From Candidatus Falkowbacteria bacterium RIFOXYC2_FULL_36_12 (GTDB taxonomy: Bacteria; Patescibacteriota; Patescibacteriia; UBA11705): a stretch of DNA of 64,000 bases. Under the pieces are notes generated by a model. The model was given only the letters and a program-made list of their open reading frames with translations, ran no database searches and had not been told where the DNA came from. The DNA is taken from positions 193,476 to 257,475 of the forward strand of contig MFGJ01000007.1 of assembly GCA_001778235.1 (NCBI GenBank), in the 5' to 3' direction. This document shows, in pieces, positions 28,008-37,344 of this stretch. The translations under genes were made by a program, and so were the position numbers. Positions within the stretch are counted from its first letter, which is position 1. Each line of letters begins with the position of its first letter.

Positions 28008-28931
28008 TTATGTGTTAGAAAGAAATGCAGAGACTAATTTGATCGCTTGCTTGGGTGAAGATATCCAATGGATATAATCATCCTTGCGATACCAAGTCAA
28101 TTGCCTTTTGGCATAATGCCGAGTATCTCTTTTTATCAACCGAATTGCTTCATTTAAATCATGGATTCCATTCAAAGAATCAACAATTTGACGATAACCA
28201 ATACCGGTCATGGCTGGAGAATCTGATTTGTAGCCTTTTTTTATTAAAAATTTAACTTCCTCAACCAAACCTTCGGTAATCATTTGATCAACCCTAGTAT
28301 CAATTTTTCTGTAAAGTTCTTCCCGATTCTTCTCAAGGCCAAGAACTAAAAAATCAAATTTAGGCTCAAGGTTGGATTTTTTTTCAATGGTTCCTGCTGT
28401 TCGTAGGAGTTCAAAGGCTCTCATCACTCGACGAGGATTGCTTGTATCAATTTTTTGCTCAATATCAGGATCTTGCTGAACAAGTTTTTTAACCATGTAT
28501 TCCAAGCCATGCTGTTGGTATTCAGATTCAATTTTTTGACGGAAGCTTTTGTTTGGTGCGCCAGGTAAAGCATAGCCATGGACCAAAGCAGAGGTATAGA
28601 GTCCTGTTCCACCGACGACAACTGGGTCGCTTTTTTCAATATCAATAATTTTTTTAACTTGTTTCAACCAATGATCCAGACTGAATGGTTTGTTTGGGTT
28701 GACAATATCAACCATAAATTCTTCCACACCATCAACAATATAATGCTTTTTAAAGCCTTTTCTTAGCCATTTGCCATTATCTTTATTAGTACCAATATTC
28801 ATGTTTTTGAAGACTTGCCTAGAATCAGCTGAAATCAAATAGCCACCAATATGTTTGGCGATCTTATGAGCTAAATTTGACTTGCCTGATCCGGTTGCTC
28901 CGACAACAACAATAATTTTTTTCTTTTGCAT
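28008..28931 (-). CDS. miaA: tRNA dimethylallyltransferase
   Basis: IIVVVGATGSGKS P-loop and MiaA profile. The internal Met at 28931 is the likely start. Confidence 0.85.
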   Translation of the reverse strand: MQKKKIIVVVGATGSGKSNLAHKIAKHIGGYLISADSRQVFKNMNIGTNKDNGKWLRKGFKKHYIVDGVEEFMVDIVNPNKPFSLDHWLKQVKKIIDIEKSDPVVVGGTGLYTSALVHGYALPGAPNKSFRQKIESEYQQHGLEYMVKKLVQQDPDIEQKIDTSNPRRVMRAFELLRTAGTIEKKSNLEPKFDFLVLGLEKNREELYRKIDTRVDQMITEGLVEEVKFLIKKGYKSDSPAMTGIGYRQIVDSLNGIHDLNEAIRLIKRDTRHYAKRQLTWYRKDDYIHWISSPKQAIKLVSAFLSNT

Positions 28932-29000
28932 ATTTTGACTTAAATTGCTATATTTAAGTAATAAACAATATAACACAATAAACTGGATTTATCAATAATT

Positions 29001-30275
29001 ATGAACTACCAACAATGTCTTCAATATTTAAACACTTTTAAAAGGTTCGGTGATAAACCGGGTCTTCATAGGATTAGAAAAATATTGTCTAAACTTGGCA
29101 ATCCAGAAAAAAACATTAAATGTGTACAAATAGCTGGTACCAATGGTAAGGGTTCAACCGCAGCCATGAGCGCGTCAATATTGCAATCAGCTGGCTACAA
29201 AGTAGGGCTTTATACCTCGCCGCATTTGTTTCAATATAATGAGAGAATTAAAATAAATAATCAAAATATTTCTAATGCTGATTTTTGCCGACAACTGGGA
29301 GTGATAAAAAAAGTGTTGAAGAAAAATCCAGAAATAAACCCTGCTTTATTTGAGATATTGACTGCAATTGCCTTTTTGCAGTTTAGAGACAAACAAATTG
29401 ATATCGCGGTGCTGGAAGTCGGATTGGGTGGTAGGCTTGATTCAACCAATGTAATAAAAGCAATTGTAGCTGTAATTACCAACATTGACCTTGAGCACAC
29501 GGAAATACTGGGCAAAACAAAAGAAAAAATTGCGACAGAAAAGGCAGGCATTATCAAGTCAAATTCAGTTGTAATAACAGGAGAAACAAATAAAAAACTA
29601 TTAAAAATATTTGGTCAAATTGCGAAAAAAAATAAATCAAAGTTTTCAATTTTCAAGAAAAATGAAATCAGTCTACAAAAATACTCGGCACATGGTCAAA
29701 TATTTAATTTTAAAAAATATAAAAATTTAGAAATTCCCTTAATGGGTCAGCATCAACTCCTGAATAGTTCTTTGGCTGTGATAGTGGCTGAATCTTTACA
29801 AAAAAAAGGTTTTGATAATATTGATGAAAAAAGCATAAGACAAGGATTGAAGAATGTTAGTTGGCCTTTGCGATTAGAAATTGTCCATCAAAACCCCAAA
29901 ATTTTAATTGATGTGGGCCATAATATTCATGGAATAAAAGCAATCAAACAATCAATTGATGAAATTTTTAAAAAATCAAACAAAATTTTAATTTTGGGTT
30001 GTTCATATGACAAACCATATAAGCAAATGGCAAAAACTTTGTCAGAGTTGTCAGATAAAATAATTTTAACAAAAGCAAAGTATCATGGAGAAGAAATCAA
30101 AGAGCTGGAAAAAGTGCTTGATAAATCAGGAAAAACGATTTATCTGACAAACAATGTAACCAAAGCTCTTCAGATTGCAAAAAAAATTGTTAAAAGAAAT
30201 ACCCTAATTATGATTTTGGGGGGATTATATCTGGGAGCTGAAGCCAGACAAAAAATTAAAACTATTTTTAGATAA
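29001..30275 (+). CDS. folC: Folylpolyglutamate synthase / dihydrofolate synthase (Mur ligase family)
   Basis: IAGTNGKGST P-loop and Mur-ligase central and C-terminal domains. Confidence 0.75.
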   Translation: MNYQQCLQYLNTFKRFGDKPGLHRIRKILSKLGNPEKNIKCVQIAGTNGKGSTAAMSASILQSAGYKVGLYTSPHLFQYNERIKINNQNISNADFCRQLGVIKKVLKKNPEINPALFEILTAIAFLQFRDKQIDIAVLEVGLGGRLDSTNVIKAIVAVITNIDLEHTEILGKTKEKIATEKAGIIKSNSVVITGETNKKLLKIFGQIAKKNKSKFSIFKKNEISLQKYSAHGQIFNFKKYKNLEIPLMGQHQLLNSSLAVIVAESLQKKGFDNIDEKSIRQGLKNVSWPLRLEIVHQNPKILIDVGHNIHGIKAIKQSIDEIFKKSNKILILGCSYDKPYKQMAKTLSELSDKIILTKAKYHGEEIKELEKVLDKSGKTIYLTNNVTKALQIAKKIVKRNTLIMILGGLYLGAEARQKIKTIFR

Positions 30276-30413
30276 AAAAATAAGTGGTTAAAAATTGATT
30301 GACTCAATTTGTCGACAAGGCTATGCCAACGACTTTGCCAATAAACTCCGGTCATGAGACTTCCCTTCCTGCTTGATCTTATTAGGAGGATTTTTATTTT
30401 AATTATGCCTCAA

Positions 30414-31694
30414 TTACAATTTTTCTCCATCAAGTATCCACATTTTCGGTGAAGTTATATTGACTTTAATAATTTGTCCGGACAAATCTTCGGAAGAGGT
30501 GAATCTGGTCCTTTTCATCTCACGACTGTTGCCTTCACAGTAGCCAGCCTGATATTTGTCAACTAAAACTTCTACAACTTGATTTAAATATTTTTGATTG
30601 ATCGCCAGGGTGAGTTCTTCCATCCGAGTTTGGATCATTTGCCAACGATGTTTTTTGGTTGCTTTGGGAACATCATCGACTAATTCAGAGGCTTTAGTCC
30701 CCAGTCGAGGAGAATATTGGGCGGTGTAACAAATATCAAAATTGATTTTTTGGTAGAAATCATAAGTTTTTTGGAAATCATCTTCTGTTTCCCCAGGAAA
30801 ACCAACAATAATGTCTGTACCAACGGCAATACTTGGCCTCGACATTCTAATCATGGCAATTATTTTTTCATAATCTTCCGAAGTATATTTTCGGTTCATT
30901 TTTTGTAAAATTGTATCAGAGCCTGACTGCAGTGCCAGATGAATAAAGTTTAACATTTTTGGCAAAGCTAAAGCCTGAACAACTTCCTGTGTCATATCTT
31001 TTGGATGAGCAGAAACAAAACTGATACGATCTAAACCACTAAGTTGATTTATCTGCCAAAGAAGACGAGCAAAATTATGTTCAAATGGATTATTTTTGGA
31101 AAAATTTTCAGCATCTTTGGGATCGTATGAATTGACATTTTGACCAAGGAGAATGATCTCTTTGCAACCATTTTTCGCTAAATTGCTTATTTCTTCCATG
31201 ACGGCAGAAACTGATCGGCTGTCTTCCCTACCTCGGACATAGGGAACAGCGCAATAAGAACAAAAATTATTACAGCCAGTCATGATTGGGACATAAGCTT
31301 GAAATTTGGAACTATATTTAGGTAAAACATCTAGATAGTTATCACCGACCATGTCTCTGGAATGTAAATAATTTTCCAATTCACATAAATTTTTTATATC
31401 AAAAACAAAATCAAATCTGGTAGAAAATTTCTCTTTATCTTTGGCTAGTAAACAACCTGTCAAAATAAATGTGATTTTTTTCTTTTCTCTGATCAATCTA
31501 AATTTTTTCAAATCACCCCAAATCCGATCAATGGCTGACTGACGGACCGAACAGGCATTGACTATGAGCAAAGAGGCTTGGTCAACAGCTTCAACTGACT
31601 CATAACCAAGATGATGTAAAACAGCTGAAACTCGTTCAGAATCCGACTTATTCATCTGACAACCAAAAGTAATTAGTTTATAGGTTTTATCCAT
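30414..31694 (-). CDS. miaB: tRNA methylthiotransferase (MiaB-like radical SAM with TRAM domain)
   Basis: Has an MTTase N-terminal domain (LITFGCQMN), a radical-SAM motif CSYCAVPYVRG and a C-terminal TRAM domain. Confidence 0.85.
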   Translation of the reverse strand: MDKTYKLITFGCQMNKSDSERVSAVLHHLGYESVEAVDQASLLIVNACSVRQSAIDRIWGDLKKFRLIREKKKITFILTGCLLAKDKEKFSTRFDFVFDIKNLCELENYLHSRDMVGDNYLDVLPKYSSKFQAYVPIMTGCNNFCSYCAVPYVRGREDSRSVSAVMEEISNLAKNGCKEIILLGQNVNSYDPKDAENFSKNNPFEHNFARLLWQINQLSGLDRISFVSAHPKDMTQEVVQALALPKMLNFIHLALQSGSDTILQKMNRKYTSEDYEKIIAMIRMSRPSIAVGTDIIVGFPGETEDDFQKTYDFYQKINFDICYTAQYSPRLGTKASELVDDVPKATKKHRWQMIQTRMEELTLAINQKYLNQVVEVLVDKYQAGYCEGNSREMKRTRFTSSEDLSGQIIKVNITSPKMWILDGEKL

Positions 31695-31817
31695 AGAATT
31701 AATCAAAAATTAACACAATTTTGACAATTTGGCAATACAGCTGAAACAGCCACTGACTTTCAACACTTTTGTAATGAATAAATATGTGATAAAATATAAT
31801 TAAATAGCTACCAAAAT

Positions 31818-32216
31818 ATGTTAGTATCTTTTTATCGTTTTATAGAAAACATAAAAACTAGCCCAGCCAGAAGGGATAAGATTATTGTAATTTCCAACAT
31901 ACTAGCTCTGATTATCAATTTGATAATCTGGGGGTTTTTGTATTGGAGTTTACGGGGAATAATCGGTGACAATCCTGAATCCTCTACCATTCCACTTCAT
32001 TACAATGTTTTTTTTGGGGTAGATAAATTCGGAAAATGGTATCAAGCATTCATTCTACCGCTACTTGGCCTGATAATTCTTTTGGTTAATTTTGTATTAG
32101 CGCAAATTTATTTTAGTAAAAAATCTTTACTAAGTTATTTCTTGACAATTTCTTGTGTTTTTATTCAAATTATTTTATTAGTATCCAGTTTTTTAATTAT
32201 ATTAATAAATTTATAA
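31818..32216 (+). CDS. Hypothetical polytopic membrane protein
   Basis: 132 aa with 3-4 TM helices. Confidence 0.4.
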   Translation: MLVSFYRFIENIKTSPARRDKIIVISNILALIINLIIWGFLYWSLRGIIGDNPESSTIPLHYNVFFGVDKFGKWYQAFILPLLGLIILLVNFVLAQIYFSKKSLLSYFLTISCVFIQIILLVSSFLIILINL

Positions 32217-32228
32217 TTATATTTTTTT

Positions 32229-33278
32229 ATGGAAACAGCAATTGTTTTTAAGCTTGGGATCCTAACTTCTATTTCTTTTTTGGTTGCCATGTGGGGGACT
32301 CCGATCCTGACTCATTTTTTATACAAATTCAAACTTGGCAAACAGATTAGAAGTGCAAATTCAGCTCCAATTTTTGCTAAGTTTCACAAAGGAAAAGAAG
32401 GTACACCAACTATGGGGGGAATATTGATCTGGGGAACAACTGCTTTCTTGACCATACTTTTCTACATCCTATCCCAAGCTTTTTCCTCTGATTTTTTTCA
32501 CAACCTTGATTTCTTGTCTCGAGAACAAACACTCTTACCACTTGGGGTCTTGCTACTCGCAGCTATAATTGGCATGATTGATGATATTTTGGGAATAAAA
32601 AAAATTGGTCCAAAGGGCGGTGGTATGAGTATTCTTTTTCGTCTAGGTCTGTATGCTGTGGTGGCAACAATTGCGGCCTTGTGGTTTTTCTTCAAATTGG
32701 ACTGGGATGTTTTCCATGTTCCTTTTCTTGGCAATTTCATGTTGGGTTGGTGGTACATACCTCTGTTTATTTTTGTGGTTGTTGGGACGGCTTTTTCAAT
32801 CAATGAAACTGATGGGCTCGATGGATTGGCTGGGGGCATTTTAATGATTGCTTTTGCTGCCATGGGAGCGATTTCTTTCACCCAGGGCAGATTTGATCTT
32901 GCAGCTTTTTGTGCAGTAATAATCGGAGCTTTGCTGGCATTTCTCTGGTTCAATATTAATCCAGCAAAATTTTTTATGGGGGATACTGGCGCCATGAGTT
33001 TGGGTGTAACTCTTGGAGTAATTGCCATGTATACCAATACTGCTATTTTATTAATTTTAATTTTATTAATCCCTGTAATAGAAACTTTTTCCGTTATAAT
33101 TCAGGTTTTATCAAAAAAAATTCGCAAGAAAAAAGTATTTCAGTCCGCACCGGTACACCATCACTTTCAAGCGCTTGGTTGGGCAGAAAGCCAGATTGTA
33201 ATGAGATTTTGGTTGATTGCAATTGTAGCTGGCGTGCTTGGTGTAATTTTATTTCTACTCGATAAAGGTTGGTACTAA
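32229..33278 (+). CDS. mraY: Phospho-N-acetylmuramoyl-pentapeptide transferase
   Basis: Polytopic membrane protein with a typical MraY profile (NAPIFAKFHKGKEGTPTMGG). Confidence 0.9.
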   Translation: METAIVFKLGILTSISFLVAMWGTPILTHFLYKFKLGKQIRSANSAPIFAKFHKGKEGTPTMGGILIWGTTAFLTILFYILSQAFSSDFFHNLDFLSREQTLLPLGVLLLAAIIGMIDDILGIKKIGPKGGGMSILFRLGLYAVVATIAALWFFFKLDWDVFHVPFLGNFMLGWWYIPLFIFVVVGTAFSINETDGLDGLAGGILMIAFAAMGAISFTQGRFDLAAFCAVIIGALLAFLWFNINPAKFFMGDTGAMSLGVTLGVIAMYTNTAILLILILLIPVIETFSVIIQVLSKKIRKKKVFQSAPVHHHFQALGWAESQIVMRFWLIAIVAGVLGVILFLLDKGWY

Positions 33279-33283
33279 AATTG

Positions 33284-33370
33284 CGAGAACAGCAAGTACA
33301 GCAAGTAAAGCGAGAACAGCCCGCCTACGCTAAAGCTATGGCGGGTAAACGAGAACAGCAAGTAAGGCAA
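33284..33370. repeat. R1 intergenic repeat copy (9-mer tandem plus CCCGCC..GGCGGG hairpin) inserted between mraY and murD
   Basis: Contains the hairpin CCCGCCTACGCTAAAGCTATGGCGGG, identical to the one at 2580-2605. Confidence 0.8.
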
Positions 33371-33403
33371 ATAAATTTGAAAATAAATTAATATTAATAA
33401 CTT

Positions 33404-33655
33404 ATGACTAGAAACCTTCTTTTAGATATAGTAGCGTTTGTTCTTGGTTTGTTTGCTTTAGTATATGGTTTGAAATTAACTACTAAAAAATATTTTGAGT
33501 CCGAGGTAAGAAATAATACAAAAATTCGAAATTATAGAAAGTACTTTTTTGGTGAAAAATTTTTTGATAAATACGGTCGACTTGCTTTGCCCTTGATACT
33601 TATTATTTCGGGTGTAATCATTATTTATTCTGTTGTAAAAAATTATTTGAGTTAA
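33404..33655 (+). CDS. Hypothetical small membrane protein (83 aa)
   Basis: Two TM helices; it sits between mraY and murD. Confidence 0.4.
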   Translation: MTRNLLLDIVAFVLGLFALVYGLKLTTKKYFESEVRNNTKIRNYRKYFFGEKFFDKYGRLALPLILIISGVIIIYSVVKNYLS

Positions 33656-33666
33656 AAAATAATTTT

Positions 33667-34992
33667 ATGAATTCATTTCCAAATTACAAAAATAAAAATA
33701 TTTTAATTCTTGGTCTTGGTCTGCTAGGTAGAGGGATCAAGGATACTATTTTTTTTGTAAAAAAAGGTGCGAATGTGACAGTGACTGACTTGAAAACAAA
33801 AGAACAACTCTCCACTGCTCTAAAGCAATTGAAACAATATAAAAACATCAAATTTGTTCTTGGAAAACACAGACATGAAGATATCGATAAAGCTGATCTG
33901 ATAATTCGTAATGCGGATGTGCCACTGAATTCAGAATTTCTTCAATATGCATTTAAAAAGAAAAAACTGGTTGAGATGGACGAATCAATGTTTGCGGAAT
34001 TTTGTCCTTGTCCAATAATTGGCATTACAGGAACTCGAGGTAAAACAACAACTGCGACCTTGATCTATGAATTTTTGAAAAAAACTGATAAAAAAGTTTA
34101 TCTAGCTGGGAATATAATGGGTCAAGCAACTTTGCCGCTTATGGATAAGGTAAAGAAAAATGATCTGGTGGTTTTGGAATTATCTAGCTGGCAACTTCAG
34201 GGCTTTGGATGGAAAAAAATCAGTCCGCAGGTTGCGGTTTTTACGAATATTTACCCTGATCATCTAAACCGCTACAAAGGAATGAGAGATTACATTGCTG
34301 ACAAACGAAATATTTACAAATGGCAACATAAAAATGATTATTTTATTGCGAATTCACGCGATAAAGTAACTAGCTCTGCGGTCAAATCGGCTAGAGCGAA
34401 AATCAAAATGTTCTCCAGCAGTCAGGTACCGAAATCTTGGGAGATAAAACTTTTCGGCGAGCATAATTTGGAAAATATTTCGGCAGCAATACAGGTAGCA
34501 AAGATTTTCAAAGTAAAAGACAAAGATATCCGAACTGTTTTGGCAAGATTTAAAGGAGTTGAACATCGATTGGAATTTGTAAAAAAAGTAAGTGGGATTG
34601 ATTTTATCAATGATACTACCAGTACAACGCCAATTGCAGGACAAATGGCGCTAGCCAGTTTGAACAAACCCATAATATTGATTGCTGGCGGAGCGACAAA
34701 ACAACTTGAATTAAAAAATTTTTCCAAAGATATTGCCCAAAAAGTAAAAGCCGTTGTTTTACTCAAAGGAACTGCGACCGATGAGCTGAAGAATGGGATT
34801 GTAAAATACAAAGGTGAAGATAAAATTCTTGGGGAATTTGATAATTTTGAGGAGGCAGTAAAAACTGCTTTTAAATACGCGGAAAAAGGTGATGTTGTTC
34901 TTCTCTCTCCGGGGTGTGCTAGTTTTGGTATGTTTACCAATGAATTTGATCGAGGGGAACAGTTTAAAAAAATTGTTAAGGATTTGAGATAA
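33667..34992 (+). CDS. murD: UDP-N-acetylmuramoylalanine--D-glutamate ligase
   Basis: Mur ligase with GITGTRGKTTT and a MurD-type Rossmann N-domain. Confidence 0.85.
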   Translation: MNSFPNYKNKNILILGLGLLGRGIKDTIFFVKKGANVTVTDLKTKEQLSTALKQLKQYKNIKFVLGKHRHEDIDKADLIIRNADVPLNSEFLQYAFKKKKLVEMDESMFAEFCPCPIIGITGTRGKTTTATLIYEFLKKTDKKVYLAGNIMGQATLPLMDKVKKNDLVVLELSSWQLQGFGWKKISPQVAVFTNIYPDHLNRYKGMRDYIADKRNIYKWQHKNDYFIANSRDKVTSSAVKSARAKIKMFSSSQVPKSWEIKLFGEHNLENISAAIQVAKIFKVKDKDIRTVLARFKGVEHRLEFVKKVSGIDFINDTTSTTPIAGQMALASLNKPIILIAGGATKQLELKNFSKDIAQKVKAVVLLKGTATDELKNGIVKYKGEDKILGEFDNFEEAVKTAFKYAEKGDVVLLSPGCASFGMFTNEFDRGEQFKKIVKDLR

Positions 34993-34995
34993 TGA

Positions 34996-35036
34996 TGCAA
35001 ATTTACGAATACTACAAATATTACAAATGCACATAA
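34996..35036. repeat. R3 repeat, forward arm (AAATTTACGAATACTACAAATATTACAAATGCAC) flanking the GxxExxY gene
   Basis: Its reverse complement is found at 35428-35470. Confidence 0.7.
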
Positions 35037-35042
35037 AGAGAC

Positions 35043-35423
35043 ATGAAAGATAAAGTTTTATATAAGGATTTAAGCTATATAGTAGGTGGCATTTTGTTCC
35101 AAGTATATAATTATCATGGTTTCGGACTTAGAGAAAAAATATATTGCCAATATATAAATAAGCTTTTAAGAGAGAATAAAATTAACTTTCAAGAACAATT
35201 TACAATTCCAGTAAAATACTATAATAGACATGAAGTAAAAAGATACGCTGATTTTCTGATTGATGATCAAATTATTTTAGAGTTAAAAACGGGAAAAAGA
35301 TTGTTTGGTAAAGATTTTGATCAAACTTTTGAATACTTAAAATTAACAAATAAAAAACTGGGGCTACTCGTGTTATTCTCACCAGAAAAAGTAATAATCC
35401 ATAGAGTCCTAAATAACCAGTAA
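35043..35423 (+). CDS. GxxExxY-family protein (PD-(D/E)XK nuclease-like), copy 1, inserted between murD and ftsW
   Basis: The motifs GxxExxY (GLREKIY), DFLIDD and ELK match the family. Confidence 0.7.
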   Translation: MKDKVLYKDLSYIVGGILFQVYNYHGFGLREKIYCQYINKLLRENKINFQEQFTIPVKYYNRHEVKRYADFLIDDQIILELKTGKRLFGKDFDQTFEYLKLTNKKLGLLVLFSPEKVIIHRVLNNQ

Positions 35424-35427
35424 ACAC

Positions 35428-35470
35428 CAGTCGTAGTATTTGTAATATTTGTAGTATTCGTAAATTTGTA
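35428..35470. repeat. R3 repeat, reverse arm (TAGTATTTGTAATATTTGTAGTATTCGTAAATTTGTAA), ending 7 nt before the ftsW ATG
   Basis: Inverted copy of 34996-35036. Confidence 0.7.
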
Positions 35471-35477
35471 ACCAAAG

Positions 35478-36623
35478 ATGAGATTAAAAAAAATAAGCAA
35501 AAGAACAACAGCTAAACAGGAAGAAGGTCACAAACCAGATATTATCTTGATTGCATCATTTGCAATCTTGCTTTTATTTGGACTCATAATGTTGACCTCG
35601 GCCAGTTCTTCAATTGGCTATGAAAAATTTGGAGATAGTTATTACTTCATAAAACATCAATTAATTTCAGGTTTACTGCCAGGAATAATTTTATTCTTTA
35701 TTTTTTCTAAAATATACTATAAACATTTACAAAAAATTGCTAATATTTTGCTCTTTGTCTCTATTTTGCTACTAATCAGTGTATTTATTCCAGGAATAGG
35801 AGCTGAATACGGTACAGCCAAGAGTTGGGTATCGGTTTTTGGACTTTCATTCCAACCAGCTGAATTTGTCAAACTAACCTTCCTACTCTACCTAGCAAAT
35901 TGGTTGTCGAAACGAGGTGAGACTGGAATTCGTGATTTTTATTTTGGGTTAATGCCGTTTTTCTTCTTGATTGGGGTAGTTTCACTGCTTATGGTACTTC
36001 AACCTGACCTCGGTACCTTGGCAATTATTATTTTCATGTGCATGGCAGTTTTCTTTGCTTCAGGAGCTAGATTGAAACATGTAATGGGTTTAATTGCTTT
36101 CGGCACTACTGGGATTTTACTTTTGATTAAAGTATCGCCTTATCGGGCGGCTAGATTGACAACTTTTCTTCATCCAGAATTGGACCCACTGGGAATCGGC
36201 TATCATATTAACCAAGCTTTCTTGGCAATAGGATCAGGGAAATTCTGGGGGCGAGGATTTGGCTATTCAAGACAGAAGTTTCAATATCTGCCTGAAGTTT
36301 CAGGTGATTCAATCTTTGCAGTGATTGCAGAAGAGCTGGGTTTTTTTATTAGCGCTTTATTTGTATTTTTGTTTGTATTTCTAATGATTCGCGGATTCAA
36401 AGTGGCGCAAAGAACTCCTGATAAATTTGGGCAGTTGGTTGCAACGGGTATTATTGCTTGGTTTATTTTTCAAGCCTTTTTCAATATCAGTTCAATGGTT
36501 GGTCTGATGCCAATGACTGGTGTTCCCCTTCCATTTGTCAGTGCAGGTGGAACTGCTCTGGCTGTGGGTATGGCGGCTATGGGAATTCTAGTAAATATTT
36601 CTAAACATACAAAGAATTCATAA
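35478..36623 (+). CDS. ftsW: Cell-division SEDS protein FtsW
   Basis: SEDS profile; it follows murD in the dcw order. Confidence 0.85.
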   Translation: MRLKKISKRTTAKQEEGHKPDIILIASFAILLLFGLIMLTSASSSIGYEKFGDSYYFIKHQLISGLLPGIILFFIFSKIYYKHLQKIANILLFVSILLLISVFIPGIGAEYGTAKSWVSVFGLSFQPAEFVKLTFLLYLANWLSKRGETGIRDFYFGLMPFFFLIGVVSLLMVLQPDLGTLAIIIFMCMAVFFASGARLKHVMGLIAFGTTGILLLIKVSPYRAARLTTFLHPELDPLGIGYHINQAFLAIGSGKFWGRGFGYSRQKFQYLPEVSGDSIFAVIAEELGFFISALFVFLFVFLMIRGFKVAQRTPDKFGQLVATGIIAWFIFQAFFNISSMVGLMPMTGVPLPFVSAGGTALAVGMAAMGILVNISKHTKNS

Positions 36624-36639
36624 TCTCATGTTTGTCATT

Positions 36640-36830
36640 CTAATTTTATACTGAAACAGTTTGACCGCGAACTACAAACAAGTTTAGGTGCATGGGAAGA
36701 AAGCTCAATGTAGGCGAAGTTCAGAGTGAGAAGTGAGAGGTGTTTGATTATACCCTGAAATCCATCTTCGTTAAAACTTCGATGGACAAGCAAGTTCAGG
36801 GTGACAATAGGAGAGAAACAAAAAAGAAAC
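36640..36830. repeat. R2 repeat region (nested hairpin units ...CCCTGAAATCCATCTTCGTTAAAACTTCGATGGACAAGCAAGTTCAGGGTGACAA...)
   Basis: The same unit recurs at 63455-63520 and 63825-63885. The related hairpin TTCAGGATGACAAG is at 37290-37320. Confidence 0.75.
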
Positions 36831-36853
36831 CAAGTTTTAGTTTCTAATATAAT

Positions 36854-37177
36854 TTATTTTGAGGAAGTTATTTCCTTATTTTTTCTGGGGAAAAAATGTT
36901 TAACTATCTGTGCTAGTCCGGAACCTACTAATGCTGAAATTATAAATATTGCGAGAAACATCAAAACACCAAATTTCTCATCAATAAAATTGACAGCTTC
37001 TGCTAAATCAAGACCTAATAAATTCATAAAGAAATAGAGTGGAAGAACCACTACTACAATTACTGTCATTTGCAATAAAAATTCTAACCACTCATTCTTT
37101 ATTTTAATATAATAATCAGTAAGATTCTCCATGAAGAAGTAAATGACTATCATTAAAATTAAAGCAACAAGTTCCAT
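36854..37177 (-). CDS. Hypothetical small membrane protein (107 aa from MELVALIL)
   Basis: An AGGAGGGAAGAG Shine-Dalgarno precedes the internal ATG at 37177. Two or three TM helices. Confidence 0.45.
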   Translation of the reverse strand: MELVALILMIVIYFFMENLTDYYIKIKNEWLEFLLQMTVIVVVVLPLYFFMNLLGLDLAEAVNFIDEKFGVLMFLAIFIISALVGSGLAQIVKHFFPRKNKEITSSK

Positions 37178-37267
37178 CTCTTCCCTCCTGTCTGTTGGCG
37201 TGGGAAAAAGCATTAAAATATAAAGTACAAACTGACAATTTATATTAACATAATTGTATTTTTTTGT

Positions 37268-37330
37268 CAACATCAAACCGCCCTCATCTTAGATCCTGAA
37301 CTAAATTCAGGATGACAAGATGAGGGCGGT
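37268..37330. terminator. Long perfect hairpin AAACCGCCCTCATCTT-[ATCCTGAA..TTCAGGAT]-AAGATGAGGGCGGTTT followed by TTTT; an R2-related element
   Basis: The 16-bp outer stem and the inner stem were both read directly. Confidence 0.6.
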
Positions 37331-37344
37331 TTTAAATATTATTT

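Noticed and set aside
32498-35034. Long antisense ORFs inside mraY and murD (179, 192, 96 and 91 aa)
   Set aside because: They are opposite well-supported conserved genes, with low-complexity translations.
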